Positions 48,034 to 57,062 of a DNA stretch of 64,000 nt are shown in pieces (position 1 is the stretch's first letter; every line of letters starts with the position of its first letter). The position numbers and the translations under genes are program-made. The notes beneath the pieces are model-generated. The model saw nothing but the letters and a program-made list of their open reading frames with translations. It made no database searches and had not been told where the DNA came from. The stretch is from Fibrobacteria bacterium (lineage in GTDB: Bacteria; Fibrobacterota; Fibrobacteria; UBA11236), in assembly GCA_041746255.1 (NCBI GenBank), contig JBGTHM010000102.1, forward strand, positions 37,793-101,792. Direction: 5' to 3'.

Positions 48034-49134
48034 TTAGTTGAAGCTGCGACGTTCGGGAGTTTTCGTCAGGGGCAATCTGACTTCTTTGCCGCCTTCCAAG
48101 GCGGATTGGTAAATGGCCAGGATGATCTCCACCGATTTCCGGCTCTCTTCTCCATTGATGGCCGGTTCGCGACCCTCTTTGACGGCTCGCGCGGCGTCTT
48201 CGAAAACCTTTTTGTGATCCTCGAAATTAATGGCTTTGGGGTCGGCCGCTCCCACGCCCGCGGCCCCGGCTTGGGCCCCGTATTTCTTAAGCACTTCGGC
48301 ATCGCCGGGTAGGCTTTGCTTGAAATCCCAAACCGTGAAGGAATTATCCTTCATGAAGATGGAACCTTCCGAACCCGAAACATGCACTTCCGCCCCGTGC
48401 CCCGTATTGGAGAAACACGCGGTGGAACCCTCGATCACGCCCAGCGCACCGTTCTTGAACTTGAGAATGGCGACCGCCACGTCCTCCACTTCGATACGTT
48501 CGTGAATGGATCGCCTGGCGAAAGCGCACACCGATTCGATTTCTCCGACCAGGTAATACAGTTGGTCGATGGTATGGATGGACTGGTTCATCAGCGCGCC
48601 GCCCCCGTCCATTTTCCAGGTGCCGCGCCAGCCGCCCTGATCGTAATACTCCTGGGTCCGGTACCATTTGATATAGGCGTCCGCGACGGTAACCGTGCCG
48701 AGTCTGCCGGCATCGATGGCCGCTTTGAATTCCCGCACGGAATCGAAAAAGCGGCGCTGGTGCACTCCGGCGAGAATCACTCCGTTTTTCCGGCAGGCGG
48801 AAATGATGGCGTCGATGCGTTCCAGAGTGATTTCCAGCGGTTTCTCGCAAATGACATGCTTGCCCGCCTCGGCGGCCTTTACCGCGGGTTCCATATGCGA
48901 GCCGCTGGGGGTGCCGATGGTGACGACGTTGAGGCCGGGATGTTTCAAAAAATCCTCGAAATTGGAATACGCTTTGACGCCGTATTCATTCGCCAACCGG
49001 TCGGCGCTTTCTTGCCTCAAGTCGAAGACGCATTCCAGATGGCCTCCTTCCATGGCCTGAATGGCCTTGGCATGGAAATGGCCTATCATTCCGCATCCGA
49101 TGATTCCGAAACCGAGTCCTGACTTGTCCTTCAT
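48034..49134 (-). CDS. Gfo/Idh/MocA family oxidoreductase
   Basis: GCGMIG, CEKPL, WRGTWKMDGGGALMNQSIH, VEDVA. Confidence 0.93.
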   Translation of the reverse strand: MKDKSGLGFGIIGCGMIGHFHAKAIQAMEGGHLECVFDLRQESADRLANEYGVKAYSNFEDFLKHPGLNVVTIGTPSGSHMEPAVKAAEAGKHVICEKPLEITLERIDAIISACRKNGVILAGVHQRRFFDSVREFKAAIDAGRLGTVTVADAYIKWYRTQEYYDQGGWRGTWKMDGGGALMNQSIHTIDQLYYLVGEIESVCAFARRSIHERIEVEDVAVAILKFKNGALGVIEGSTACFSNTGHGAEVHVSGSEGSIFMKDNSFTVWDFKQSLPGDAEVLKKYGAQAGAAGVGAADPKAINFEDHKKVFEDAARAVKEGREPAINGEESRKSVEIILAIYQSALEGGKEVRLPLTKTPERRSFN

Positions 49135-49211
49135 TTCAATTCCTTTCCAGAATCCTTAAAGTATGTGCCACCGTATTCGCCCCGTGGCTTGAATAAATCC
49201 ATCCTAAAGGA

Positions 49212-50516
49212 TCAACCCAGAGGCTTGGCAGGCGAGGCAAAAGCTTTTTTCCGGGCTTCCACCAGCAAGGTATACTTCGATACGATGTTGGCTCGTAACT
49301 CGGAAGGCTCGGATCCGGTGGCCAGCATGTCCAAAAATGCGCTTCTGGCTTCGCCGAAATGCTGCTCGTGAGTTGTGCGCAGCGCCTGTGGCACGTTGAT
49401 GAGAAACTTATCACCTTCCCGTTCCAAGGACAATCCCGGATATTTCTCCGCATGTTTTTCCAAGGCAGCCCGGATGGGCACCTCCAGCGCCTGTGAGTCG
49501 CCGTGAGGGGCAATCAGAAATTCAGACAGGTATTTGCGCTCCGCCAATTGCCGTACTTCCAGGTTGGAGCGCGTGCCGCGTATGAGGGATCGATGCGTGT
49601 CGCCGGCTCCCGCAGGCGGCTCCAGATTCCAAATCACTTTCAGGTGGACGGGGACGCCGCGCACCTGGTACAGGATTTCGCCATTGCAGAAAAGGTCGAG
49701 GATTCCATTCCGCACGGAATCTTTTACTCCGGCGGGAAAATCGGAATGCTGGGTGATTTTCGAAAACTTTTCCAAGGGCACCTGGGTGGCCCAGCGACGG
49801 GCTTCCATGATTTGGATATCGCGGGCGAAGTCGATGCTTTCACCGGGAAAGGCCATCCAATGCGTCATATCCACCAGATGGGTAGTAACGTCTACGATAC
49901 CCTCGCCCTGGACCTTCACGTCGAAATACCAAGGCGGCCTTTTAAGCGGCTTGCCGTTGACCACTTTATACAGATGATGTACGGACTCCTTGAAAATGGC
50001 GGGCGCGCCTGAGTCCACCATGAATTCACCGAAGATATCGGGTTCCGCCAAAAACATCTTTTGCAGGATGGTGGTTATTTCGAAGCGTTCGGTCATGATG
50101 TCCAGGGTGAGCGGACGCTCCTTTTCCATGGCCCGACGAAGCGACTCCAACCCTACTTCGTCGGTAACCCAGGGCTTATCCGCGAAAATGCGGTAGCCGG
50201 CCCGGTTCAGCTTTTCGATGTTGGCTATCTTGGCGTCGTTCTTGCCCGCCAGGATGGCGATGCCTCCTCGGCCCTCGCGCAGCAGGGCTTCCAGGGAATC
50301 TTCGCCGGTATGGACTTTAAGATTCCATTGCGTAGGCTCGTTTTGGCGGGCGTTGAAATCCTTGAGAAATTGGACGAAGGACTGCAACTCCTCGCCCTCG
50401 GGAGCGAATACATGCACCTCATCCGATAGGGACGGATGCGATTCCCGCAGGCTCAAAGCCGCATGGAAATGCCCGGGATTCAAAACGGAGACGGGGTATT
50501 TTTGCATGGTAGACAC
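49212..50516 (-). CDS. Gfo/Idh/MocA-related putative oxidoreductase (oxidoreductase C-terminal domain type)
   Basis: PGHFHAAL, ADKPW, DIMTERFE, QGEGIVDVTTHLVD. Confidence 0.75.
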   Translation of the reverse strand: MSTMQKYPVSVLNPGHFHAALSLRESHPSLSDEVHVFAPEGEELQSFVQFLKDFNARQNEPTQWNLKVHTGEDSLEALLREGRGGIAILAGKNDAKIANIEKLNRAGYRIFADKPWVTDEVGLESLRRAMEKERPLTLDIMTERFEITTILQKMFLAEPDIFGEFMVDSGAPAIFKESVHHLYKVVNGKPLKRPPWYFDVKVQGEGIVDVTTHLVDMTHWMAFPGESIDFARDIQIMEARRWATQVPLEKFSKITQHSDFPAGVKDSVRNGILDLFCNGEILYQVRGVPVHLKVIWNLEPPAGAGDTHRSLIRGTRSNLEVRQLAERKYLSEFLIAPHGDSQALEVPIRAALEKHAEKYPGLSLEREGDKFLINVPQALRTTHEQHFGEARSAFLDMLATGSEPSELRANIVSKYTLLVEARKKAFASPAKPLG

Positions 50517-51614
50517 TTAGCGTTGCACGCGCGCGCTGCCGCCCTTGGCCAGTTTTTCCACTTCGGCCAGCGAGGCCATGGAAGTGTCGCCAGGCGTGGT
50601 CATGGCCAAAGCTCCGTGAGCGGCGCCGTATTCGACCGCCTGCAGCACGTCGCCTTTTTCCAGCAAACCGTAGATGAGGCCGGAAGCGAAACTGTCGCCG
50701 CCTCCCACGCGGTCGTAGATCTCCAGGGATTCACGATGGGTGGCGACGTGGAATTTGCCCTCGGCCCAGGCGATGGCGCCCCAGTCGTTATTGCTCGCCG
50801 ATTTCACGCCGCGCAGGGTGGTGGCGATGACTTTGAAGTTGGGGAAGTCTTTGATGACCTTTTCGATCATCCGTTTGAAGTTACCGACGTCGAGGGAACT
50901 GAGGTTTTCGTCGACACCCTCGACTTCAAAGCCGAGCGAGGCGGTGAAGTCCTCTTCATTACCGATCATCACGTCGACGTATTGCGCCAGGGAACGGTTC
51001 ACCTTACGGGCCTGTTCCAGTCCGCCGAAGTTCTTCCAAAGGCTGGGACGGTAATTGAGGTCATAAGAGATGATGGTGCCGTGTTTTTTGGCGGCTTTCA
51101 TCGCCTCTTCAATCACTTCCGGCGTCGTTTCCGAAAGGGCCGCGTAAATTCCACCGGTGTGGAACCAGCGTACGCCCCGAGAGAAAATGCCTTCCCAATC
51201 GATATCGCCTTTTTTGAGCTGCGAAGCCGCGGTGTGACCTCGGTCCGACACTCCCACCGCGCCACGAACGCCATAACCTCTTTCGGTAAAATTCAAACCG
51301 TTGCGAACGCTGCGACCGAGGCCGTCATAGGGTGCCCAACGGATATTGGAAGTGTCCACCCCGCCTTGCAGGATAAAATCCTCCAGCAAGCGGCCTACGT
51401 CGTTTTCGGCGAAAGCGGTAACCAGGGTGGTGCGCATGCCGAAGCATTTGCGTAAACCACGGGCCACGTTATATTCACCGCCTCCTTCCCATGCTTTGAA
51501 TTCGCGGGCGGTGCGGATGCGCGAATCGCCCGGATCCAGGCGCAACATGACTTCACCGAGGGAGATTTCATCAAATTGGCAGTCGGCTTTATCGCGGATT
51601 TTCAAAACGGACAT
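50517..51614 (-). CDS. kdgK: 2-dehydro-3-deoxygluconokinase (PfkB family)
   Basis: LGEVMLRL, GGGEYNVA, DLNYRPSLW, DRVGGGDSF; adjacent to eda. Confidence 0.88.
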   Translation of the reverse strand: MSVLKIRDKADCQFDEISLGEVMLRLDPGDSRIRTAREFKAWEGGGEYNVARGLRKCFGMRTTLVTAFAENDVGRLLEDFILQGGVDTSNIRWAPYDGLGRSVRNGLNFTERGYGVRGAVGVSDRGHTAASQLKKGDIDWEGIFSRGVRWFHTGGIYAALSETTPEVIEEAMKAAKKHGTIISYDLNYRPSLWKNFGGLEQARKVNRSLAQYVDVMIGNEEDFTASLGFEVEGVDENLSSLDVGNFKRMIEKVIKDFPNFKVIATTLRGVKSASNNDWGAIAWAEGKFHVATHRESLEIYDRVGGGDSFASGLIYGLLEKGDVLQAVEYGAAHGALAMTTPGDTSMASLAEVEKLAKGGSARVQR

Positions 51615-51653
51615 GAGATTTTCCTGTTCCTTGTAATGAAGTTTTCGGCCCTT

Positions 51654-52295
51654 TTAGGCCGGTTTGACCTGTGCAACGGCTTGGCGCGTAAGCCGGGTTA
51701 TTTCCTCGAATGCGCCGGAATCGATTAAATCGGCCTTGACCATCCAACTCCCGCCGCAGGCGATGACCTGCTTCAGCTGCAAATAGGAGGCGATGTTTTC
51801 CGGGCCGATGCCTCCGGTGGGAATGAAAGACATCATGCCATAGGGGCCGGAGATGGCCTTCAGGGTTTTCACGCCGCCATATGCCTCGGCAGGGAAAAAT
51901 TTAACGGCTCTCAGGCTAAAACTCAAGGCCATTTCGATGTCGGTGGGATTGCATACCCCGGGAAAAATCGGCATGTCCTTACTCAAGGCATATTCCACCA
52001 CATTGGGGTTGAATCCGGGGCTTACCAGAAAGGCGGCGCCGGAATCGATTGCCATTTGCGCCTGTTCGACGGTAAGCACCGTACCGGCTCCCAGCAGCAA
52101 GTCGGAGTTTTTCCCCAAAATTGCAATGGCCTTGGCGGCGGCCGGGGTACGGAAGGTGATTTCAGCGCAGGGCAAGCCGCCCGCTTTGAGGGCATCCGCC
52201 AAGGCGCGCGCCTTGGATGCTTCATGGATTTCCACTACGGGTACGATACGTAGCGTGCGGAGTCGGTCGGTAATTTGCTCGGTTTTGTTTTCCAT
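51654..52295 (-). CDS. eda: KDPG/KHG aldolase
   Basis: AEITFRT, GAGTVL, VSPG, KFFPAE, PTGGI, CGGSW. Confidence 0.96.
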   Translation of the reverse strand: MENKTEQITDRLRTLRIVPVVEIHEASKARALADALKAGGLPCAEITFRTPAAAKAIAILGKNSDLLLGAGTVLTVEQAQMAIDSGAAFLVSPGFNPNVVEYALSKDMPIFPGVCNPTDIEMALSFSLRAVKFFPAEAYGGVKTLKAISGPYGMMSFIPTGGIGPENIASYLQLKQVIACGGSWMVKADLIDSGAFEEITRLTRQAVAQVKPA

Positions 52296-52389
52296 AATTC
52301 ATTTAAAAATGCTTAATTAAAGCAAAGTTGTTGGGAAATAAAACGAATTTGAAGGTAAAAAACGCTTGCGAAGCTGCGCAAGCCGGGGC

Positions 52390-53172
52390 TTATAGCCGTT
52401 GCAGGGTCAGGCCGCCATCCACCGTAAGCACCTGCCCGGTGGCATAAGGTATTTCGCCCCGGGCCAAAGCCGCCGCCGCGCGACCGATATCGTCGGGCAC
52501 TCCCCAACGTGGTTCCACCAACAAGCCTTCGGCGATGAGTTTATCATATTTCTCGCCGACTCCGGCCGTCATGTCGGTTTTGATGACCCCGGGACGGATT
52601 TCGTATACGGCAATACCGAATTCGCCCAATCGCGCGGCCCATAACTTGGTCGCCATGGCCACGCCCGCTTTGGTCAGGCAATAATCCCCACGGTTGACCG
52701 AGGCCACGATAGCCGAAACCGAAGAAATATTGATTATGGCGCCGCTAAAGTCGCCGGCCGACTTTTTCTGCTCCACCATCCAACGCGCCGCGAGTTGCGT
52801 CAAAAAATACGGGCCTTGTAAATTGACGCGCATCAGCCGTTCGAAACTCTCTTCGGAGGCTTCCAAAATGTCGCTGCGTTGCGTGGGGGCCACCCCGGCA
52901 TTGTTGACCAGGAGATGCAGTGCGCCGAATTGTCCGCGCGTTTCCTCGATGAGCCGTTGGCGCGCCGCGGCCTCGCTCACATCGGCCTGACAATACTCAG
53001 CCTTAACTCCCAAGGCGCGAAGGCTCTCCATCGCCTCTTGTACGGCCTCTAGGGGGCGAATGCCGGAAATCATGAGGTTGAAGCCGCTACGAGCCAGATG
53101 CTGCGAGATTCCCAGGCCTATGCCACGGCCGCCACCGGTGACCAGCGCAACCTTATTCTTGGTGGTGTTCAC
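52390..53172 (-). CDS. SDR oxidoreductase (3-ketoacyl-ACP reductase-like)
   Basis: GTG start just after the GH88 stop; TGGGRGIG, NNAG, YCLTK, RPGVIKTDMT. Confidence 0.88.
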   Translation of the reverse strand: MNTTKNKVALVTGGGRGIGLGISQHLARSGFNLMISGIRPLEAVQEAMESLRALGVKAEYCQADVSEAAARQRLIEETRGQFGALHLLVNNAGVAPTQRSDILEASEESFERLMRVNLQGPYFLTQLAARWMVEQKKSAGDFSGAIINISSVSAIVASVNRGDYCLTKAGVAMATKLWAARLGEFGIAVYEIRPGVIKTDMTAGVGEKYDKLIAEGLLVEPRWGVPDDIGRAAAALARGEIPYATGQVLTVDGGLTLQRL

Positions 53173-53173
53173 G

Positions 53174-54568
53174 TTACTGCTTTTTCTCCGGCTGTGGTCC
53201 GAAAAAGGAATAATAGGTTTTCTCTTCGGCCAGGCGCTGGACATACAAAGCAGCCTCACGCATGTGGTAATCGCCCCACATGCTCGATTCGCCGCGCGGG
53301 ACCCCTTTGCCGCCGGGAATATGATCCCAGCCATTGGGGCGGTGGTAAACCGAATGGAGCAGCAGCCCTTGATGGCTGGTGTCGCCGCTAAGATAGGGTT
53401 CGTCCAATAGGGTGCGTAATACGGTAAGGCCCGCCTGACGGTATTGGGTAGCGTTCGCCTGACCTCGACGCCCCAGTTCGACTCCCAGACGGACCAGGCC
53501 TTGCGCGCAAATGGCGGCTGCCGAGCTGTCCACCGGCTCGAAGGGATTTTCAGGATCGGCGGGTTTCTCCAGGTAGCTTTCCAGTTTATGCAGGTTGGGC
53601 GCGCCGGTATCCCAATAGGGGACGCCATCCGTCGGGGTTTCGCGAAGGTAAAAGTCCGCGGTAGCCATTCCTGCTTTAAGCAAAGGCGCTTCGGCCTTTT
53701 CACGTCCCCCCGATTCCGCGAATTCGGAATCGGGCAAACTCGCCAGGTATTCCAACTGTTCGGCGCAGCCAAGCAGAATCCAAGCCAGGCCGCGCGTCCA
53801 GGTGGTGAAGGGGGAATAGCCTTGCTGGGAATTGGGGCAGCGGTAGCTGCCGTCGTTGGTATTGAAAATACTTTCATGGGCCACGCGACCCCGCATATCG
53901 TAACTATCGCGGCCTTCGCCATAGTAGACGGCGTATTCGGCGGTGGTGCGGGCATGCTGTAAAAGGCGGTCCAGCAGCGAGATGCGCCGGTCTTTTTCAT
54001 CCATCAAGGCATGGCCCAGGGAGTGAGCCAGCGACAGCGCCCGCAGCGAGCGGATGGTGTCGGCGAAAAGAGAATGCGGGCCATTGAAGGAATAAATGAA
54101 ACCTTCGCCTTCGCCGATCGGGGTCCAGCGCCTGGCTTGCACGGCGCCCGAGTTCTTCAGGGCCAGTTCATAAAACGACAGCTCCCAATTATTGGTGGGA
54201 ATGCGGCCTTCCAGCATCAGCCGGCGGAGATTTCCGTAGGTACTCACATTATTAAATCCGTGATCATGGACACCCATGTGCGTAATATGCGGAGCCATCA
54301 GCTCCCGGGTTTTGTCGCGGCCGATATCCAGGAAGGATTTTTCGCCGGTGACGTCGAACTGCAGCAGAGCGGATCCGAACTGAAACCCCTGCGTCCATTC
54401 CGTCCAACCGCGCGAAACATAGCGGCCCTCTACGGTGAAAACCGGCGATCCGTCGGAAGGGTTCCATTTTTTTTCGATGGCGTCGATTTTGACGGCGGAC
54501 AATTCCCACATCCGCTTCAAGGCGGGGAGGAGATCATTAGGATTCAAAGAATCATCGATGCGTATCAT
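53174..54568 (-). CDS. GH88-like unsaturated glucuronyl hydrolase, no signal peptide
   Basis: WTQGF, HDHGF, QGY...WTRGLAW, PYWD, DSSAAAI, WGDY. Confidence 0.85.
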   Translation of the reverse strand: MIRIDDSLNPNDLLPALKRMWELSAVKIDAIEKKWNPSDGSPVFTVEGRYVSRGWTEWTQGFQFGSALLQFDVTGEKSFLDIGRDKTRELMAPHITHMGVHDHGFNNVSTYGNLRRLMLEGRIPTNNWELSFYELALKNSGAVQARRWTPIGEGEGFIYSFNGPHSLFADTIRSLRALSLAHSLGHALMDEKDRRISLLDRLLQHARTTAEYAVYYGEGRDSYDMRGRVAHESIFNTNDGSYRCPNSQQGYSPFTTWTRGLAWILLGCAEQLEYLASLPDSEFAESGGREKAEAPLLKAGMATADFYLRETPTDGVPYWDTGAPNLHKLESYLEKPADPENPFEPVDSSAAAICAQGLVRLGVELGRRGQANATQYRQAGLTVLRTLLDEPYLSGDTSHQGLLLHSVYHRPNGWDHIPGGKGVPRGESSMWGDYHMREAALYVQRLAEEKTYYSFFGPQPEKKQ

Positions 54569-55183
54569 TCAAACCGCCCTTCCCTTGCGAAGATGGATAA
54601 TGAGAAGCTTGCAATCGGAAATGGCGCGATAGGTATGTTTCAGCACCGCGTCGAATTGAAGGGCGTCCCCCTCTTTGAGCACGTGCGACTCGTCGTTCAG
54701 CATGATTTCGACGTTTCCCTGCAAGGCCCAGCAGATTTCGATATCGTTATGATGGACCTCGGGTCGGCTGACGGTTCCGCCGCCCATGGAGGTTCCCACG
54801 AAACATTGCAGGTTCATGAAGTTGATATGTTGGAATTGGAAGCTGCCGGAAACGTAATGCTGCGCGGTCACCAATTGCTTGTGTTTCGATTCCGCGAGGC
54901 CGAGCAAATCGGATGCGGCGATCCCGAAGGCCTTGCCGAGCCGATAGATGGTATCCAATTCGGGACTAGCCTGGTTTCTTTCGATGCGGGAAATCACCGC
55001 CGTGGAGATACCCGAGACCTGTGCGATATCCGCGATGGTAAAACCCTGGGATTTCCGCAGGTTACGCAAAATCGAGAAATCGTAATGGTCGGTCCGTCCA
55101 CCGGTTTTGACTTCGTTGTCGTCGCTGGGGTCGGTCGGATCTATGCCATTGTGCTGGTTGGTTGCGGTGCTATCGTTTTTCAT
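54569..55183 (-). CDS. XRE-family HTH regulator with cupin domain
   Basis: LRNLRKSQGFTIADIA...ISRIERNQASP; EGDALQFDAVLKHTY. Confidence 0.9.
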   Translation of the reverse strand: MKNDSTATNQHNGIDPTDPSDDNEVKTGGRTDHYDFSILRNLRKSQGFTIADIAQVSGISTAVISRIERNQASPELDTIYRLGKAFGIAASDLLGLAESKHKQLVTAQHYVSGSFQFQHINFMNLQCFVGTSMGGGTVSRPEVHHNDIEICWALQGNVEIMLNDESHVLKEGDALQFDAVLKHTYRAISDCKLLIIHLRKGRAV

Positions 55184-55513
55184 GAGACTCCAAAGTAATG
55201 GGGTTGGGCGCCACCGGCGGATTGGTTAAATTCTCCAAGGCAATGCGCCGAAGTGCAGGTTCCACATCGCCTTGCAACGCAGCCGAATCGGTAAGGCAGA
55301 TGCTGGAAAAACCGCCTCTTGAAGGTGTCTATCTCCTGCATTTAGGCTCCGTGTTCTCAATCGCCGATCACTCCAGGAAGCAGCCCTTAAATCAATGGGC
55401 GTCCCAGGAGACCCATGTCGATTTAGGGGTTTAAACTACTTTGCTCAAAATATAGCATGACTTTTTCTTTCCTTGGGGATACATTTTTATAGAAATTATA
55501 CTACGGAGCACAT

Positions 55514-57031
55514 ATGTCCCTGGATTTGAAGCGAATTCCCTCGATCAAAACCCCAGCAGCGTTTCGCGAGCGATTGCAGGCTCTGGGAGTGGAAATGCCG
55601 GTGGAGGATGCCATATTAACGGCAGCGCACTCTCCCATGGCCCAATCCATCGAAATAGGCGGGTTTTCTGTAGGAAACCGCTATGCCATTCACCCCATGG
55701 AAGGGTGGGACGCCACTGCGGATGGGCAGCCCACGGAGGATGTTTTGCGGCGCTGGGAGCGATTCGCCATTTCGGGCGCGAAATTCCTATGGGGCCTGGA
55801 GGCCGTGGCCGTTCGCCCCGATGGACGCGCCAATCCCAATCAGCTGATCATGTCCGGCGATACTATCGACTCGATATGCCAAGCCATTGACCATATTCGT
55901 ACCCTTCACGCTAAACGCTTCGGAACCGCCGACGATTTACTCCTGGGATTGCAGCTCACGCATTCCGGGCGCTTCAGCCGCCCGAACGACAAGAAAAAAC
56001 TCGAACCCCGCCTGGCCTATGCCCATCCCGTGCTCAACCCCAAATTCGGCCTCCCCATGGATTACCCCATCCTCACGGACGATGAGGTGGAAGAATTGAT
56101 TGAGCGTTATATCCAGGCTGCGGTCATGTCGGACAAGGCGGGCATTCCCTTCGTCGACATCAAACAATGCCATGGATATCTCCTGCACGAATTCCTCTCC
56201 GCTTTTACACGGCCAGGGCGTTTCGGCGGCGAAACCCTGGAGGAGCGCGGAGAGCTAGCGCGCCGCATCATTACCGGAATCAAGCAGGCGGCGCCGAATC
56301 TCATCATCGGCGTGCGGCTGTCGGCTTTCGATTTCGTGCCCTTCAAACCCGATCCGGCCGGATCAAGCAACGGTAATCTCGGCCCCGGAATTCCGGAGGA
56401 GTACCGGCATTGCCTCCCCTATAAATACGGATTCGGCATGAATCCCGACAACCCGTTGGAATACGATTTGACGGAGCCGAAAAAATACCTGGGCATGCTG
56501 AAGGAATGGGGCGTGTCCGTGGTGAATATCTCTTGCGGCTCTCCCTATTACAATCCGCATATCCAACGCCCCGCCCTCTACCCGCCTTCCGACGGATATC
56601 AACCCGCCGAGGATCCCCTCATCAACGTGGCCCGGCAGGTGGCCGTAGTCCGGGAGTTGAAGGCCGCGTTTCCGGAGATGCCCTTGCTCAGCTCAGGGCT
56701 GACCTATTTGCAGGAATTTTTCCCGCATGTGTCCCAGGGCCTTGTGCGCGAGGGCTGGACGGATATCGTGGGCATGGGCCGCATGGTGCTTTCCTATGCC
56801 GACATCATCGCCGACTCCCTGGAGAAAGGCGAGATCACGACCAACCTGATTTGCCGAACTTTTTCCGATTGCACTACCGGCCCGCGCAACGGTTTGAAGT
56901 CGGGATGCTATCCTCTCGACGGTCACTACAAGAAAATGGAAGAGGCGGGTCTGCTCAAGCAAATCAAGAAAGACCAGAAGGAAAAGCTCAAGGCGGCGAA
57001 CGCCATGACCGCTTCCGAAGCAGCCGGATAA
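55514..57031 (+). CDS. NADH:flavin oxidoreductase (Old Yellow Enzyme family)
   Basis: NRYAIHPMEG, QLTHSGR, CHGYLLHEFLS, GVRLS, GMGR. Confidence 0.88.
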   Translation: MSLDLKRIPSIKTPAAFRERLQALGVEMPVEDAILTAAHSPMAQSIEIGGFSVGNRYAIHPMEGWDATADGQPTEDVLRRWERFAISGAKFLWGLEAVAVRPDGRANPNQLIMSGDTIDSICQAIDHIRTLHAKRFGTADDLLLGLQLTHSGRFSRPNDKKKLEPRLAYAHPVLNPKFGLPMDYPILTDDEVEELIERYIQAAVMSDKAGIPFVDIKQCHGYLLHEFLSAFTRPGRFGGETLEERGELARRIITGIKQAAPNLIIGVRLSAFDFVPFKPDPAGSSNGNLGPGIPEEYRHCLPYKYGFGMNPDNPLEYDLTEPKKYLGMLKEWGVSVVNISCGSPYYNPHIQRPALYPPSDGYQPAEDPLINVARQVAVVRELKAAFPEMPLLSSGLTYLQEFFPHVSQGLVREGWTDIVGMGRMVLSYADIIADSLEKGEITTNLICRTFSDCTTGPRNGLKSGCYPLDGHYKKMEEAGLLKQIKKDQKEKLKAANAMTASEAAG

Positions 57032-57062
57032 TCGGTTTGTTAATTGGAAGTGGCGGGGTTTA

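Noticed and set aside
53173..54000. 536-aa ORF extending the SDR upstream across GH88, a possible frameshift fusion
   Set aside because: The extension is an alternative frame of GH88 with no protein-like motifs. The SDR has its own GTG just after the GH88 stop, and no slippery site was evident.
55195..55260. FMN riboswitch-like CCACCGGCGG upstream of the flavin oxidoreductase
   Set aside because: The remaining conserved RFN segments are absent.
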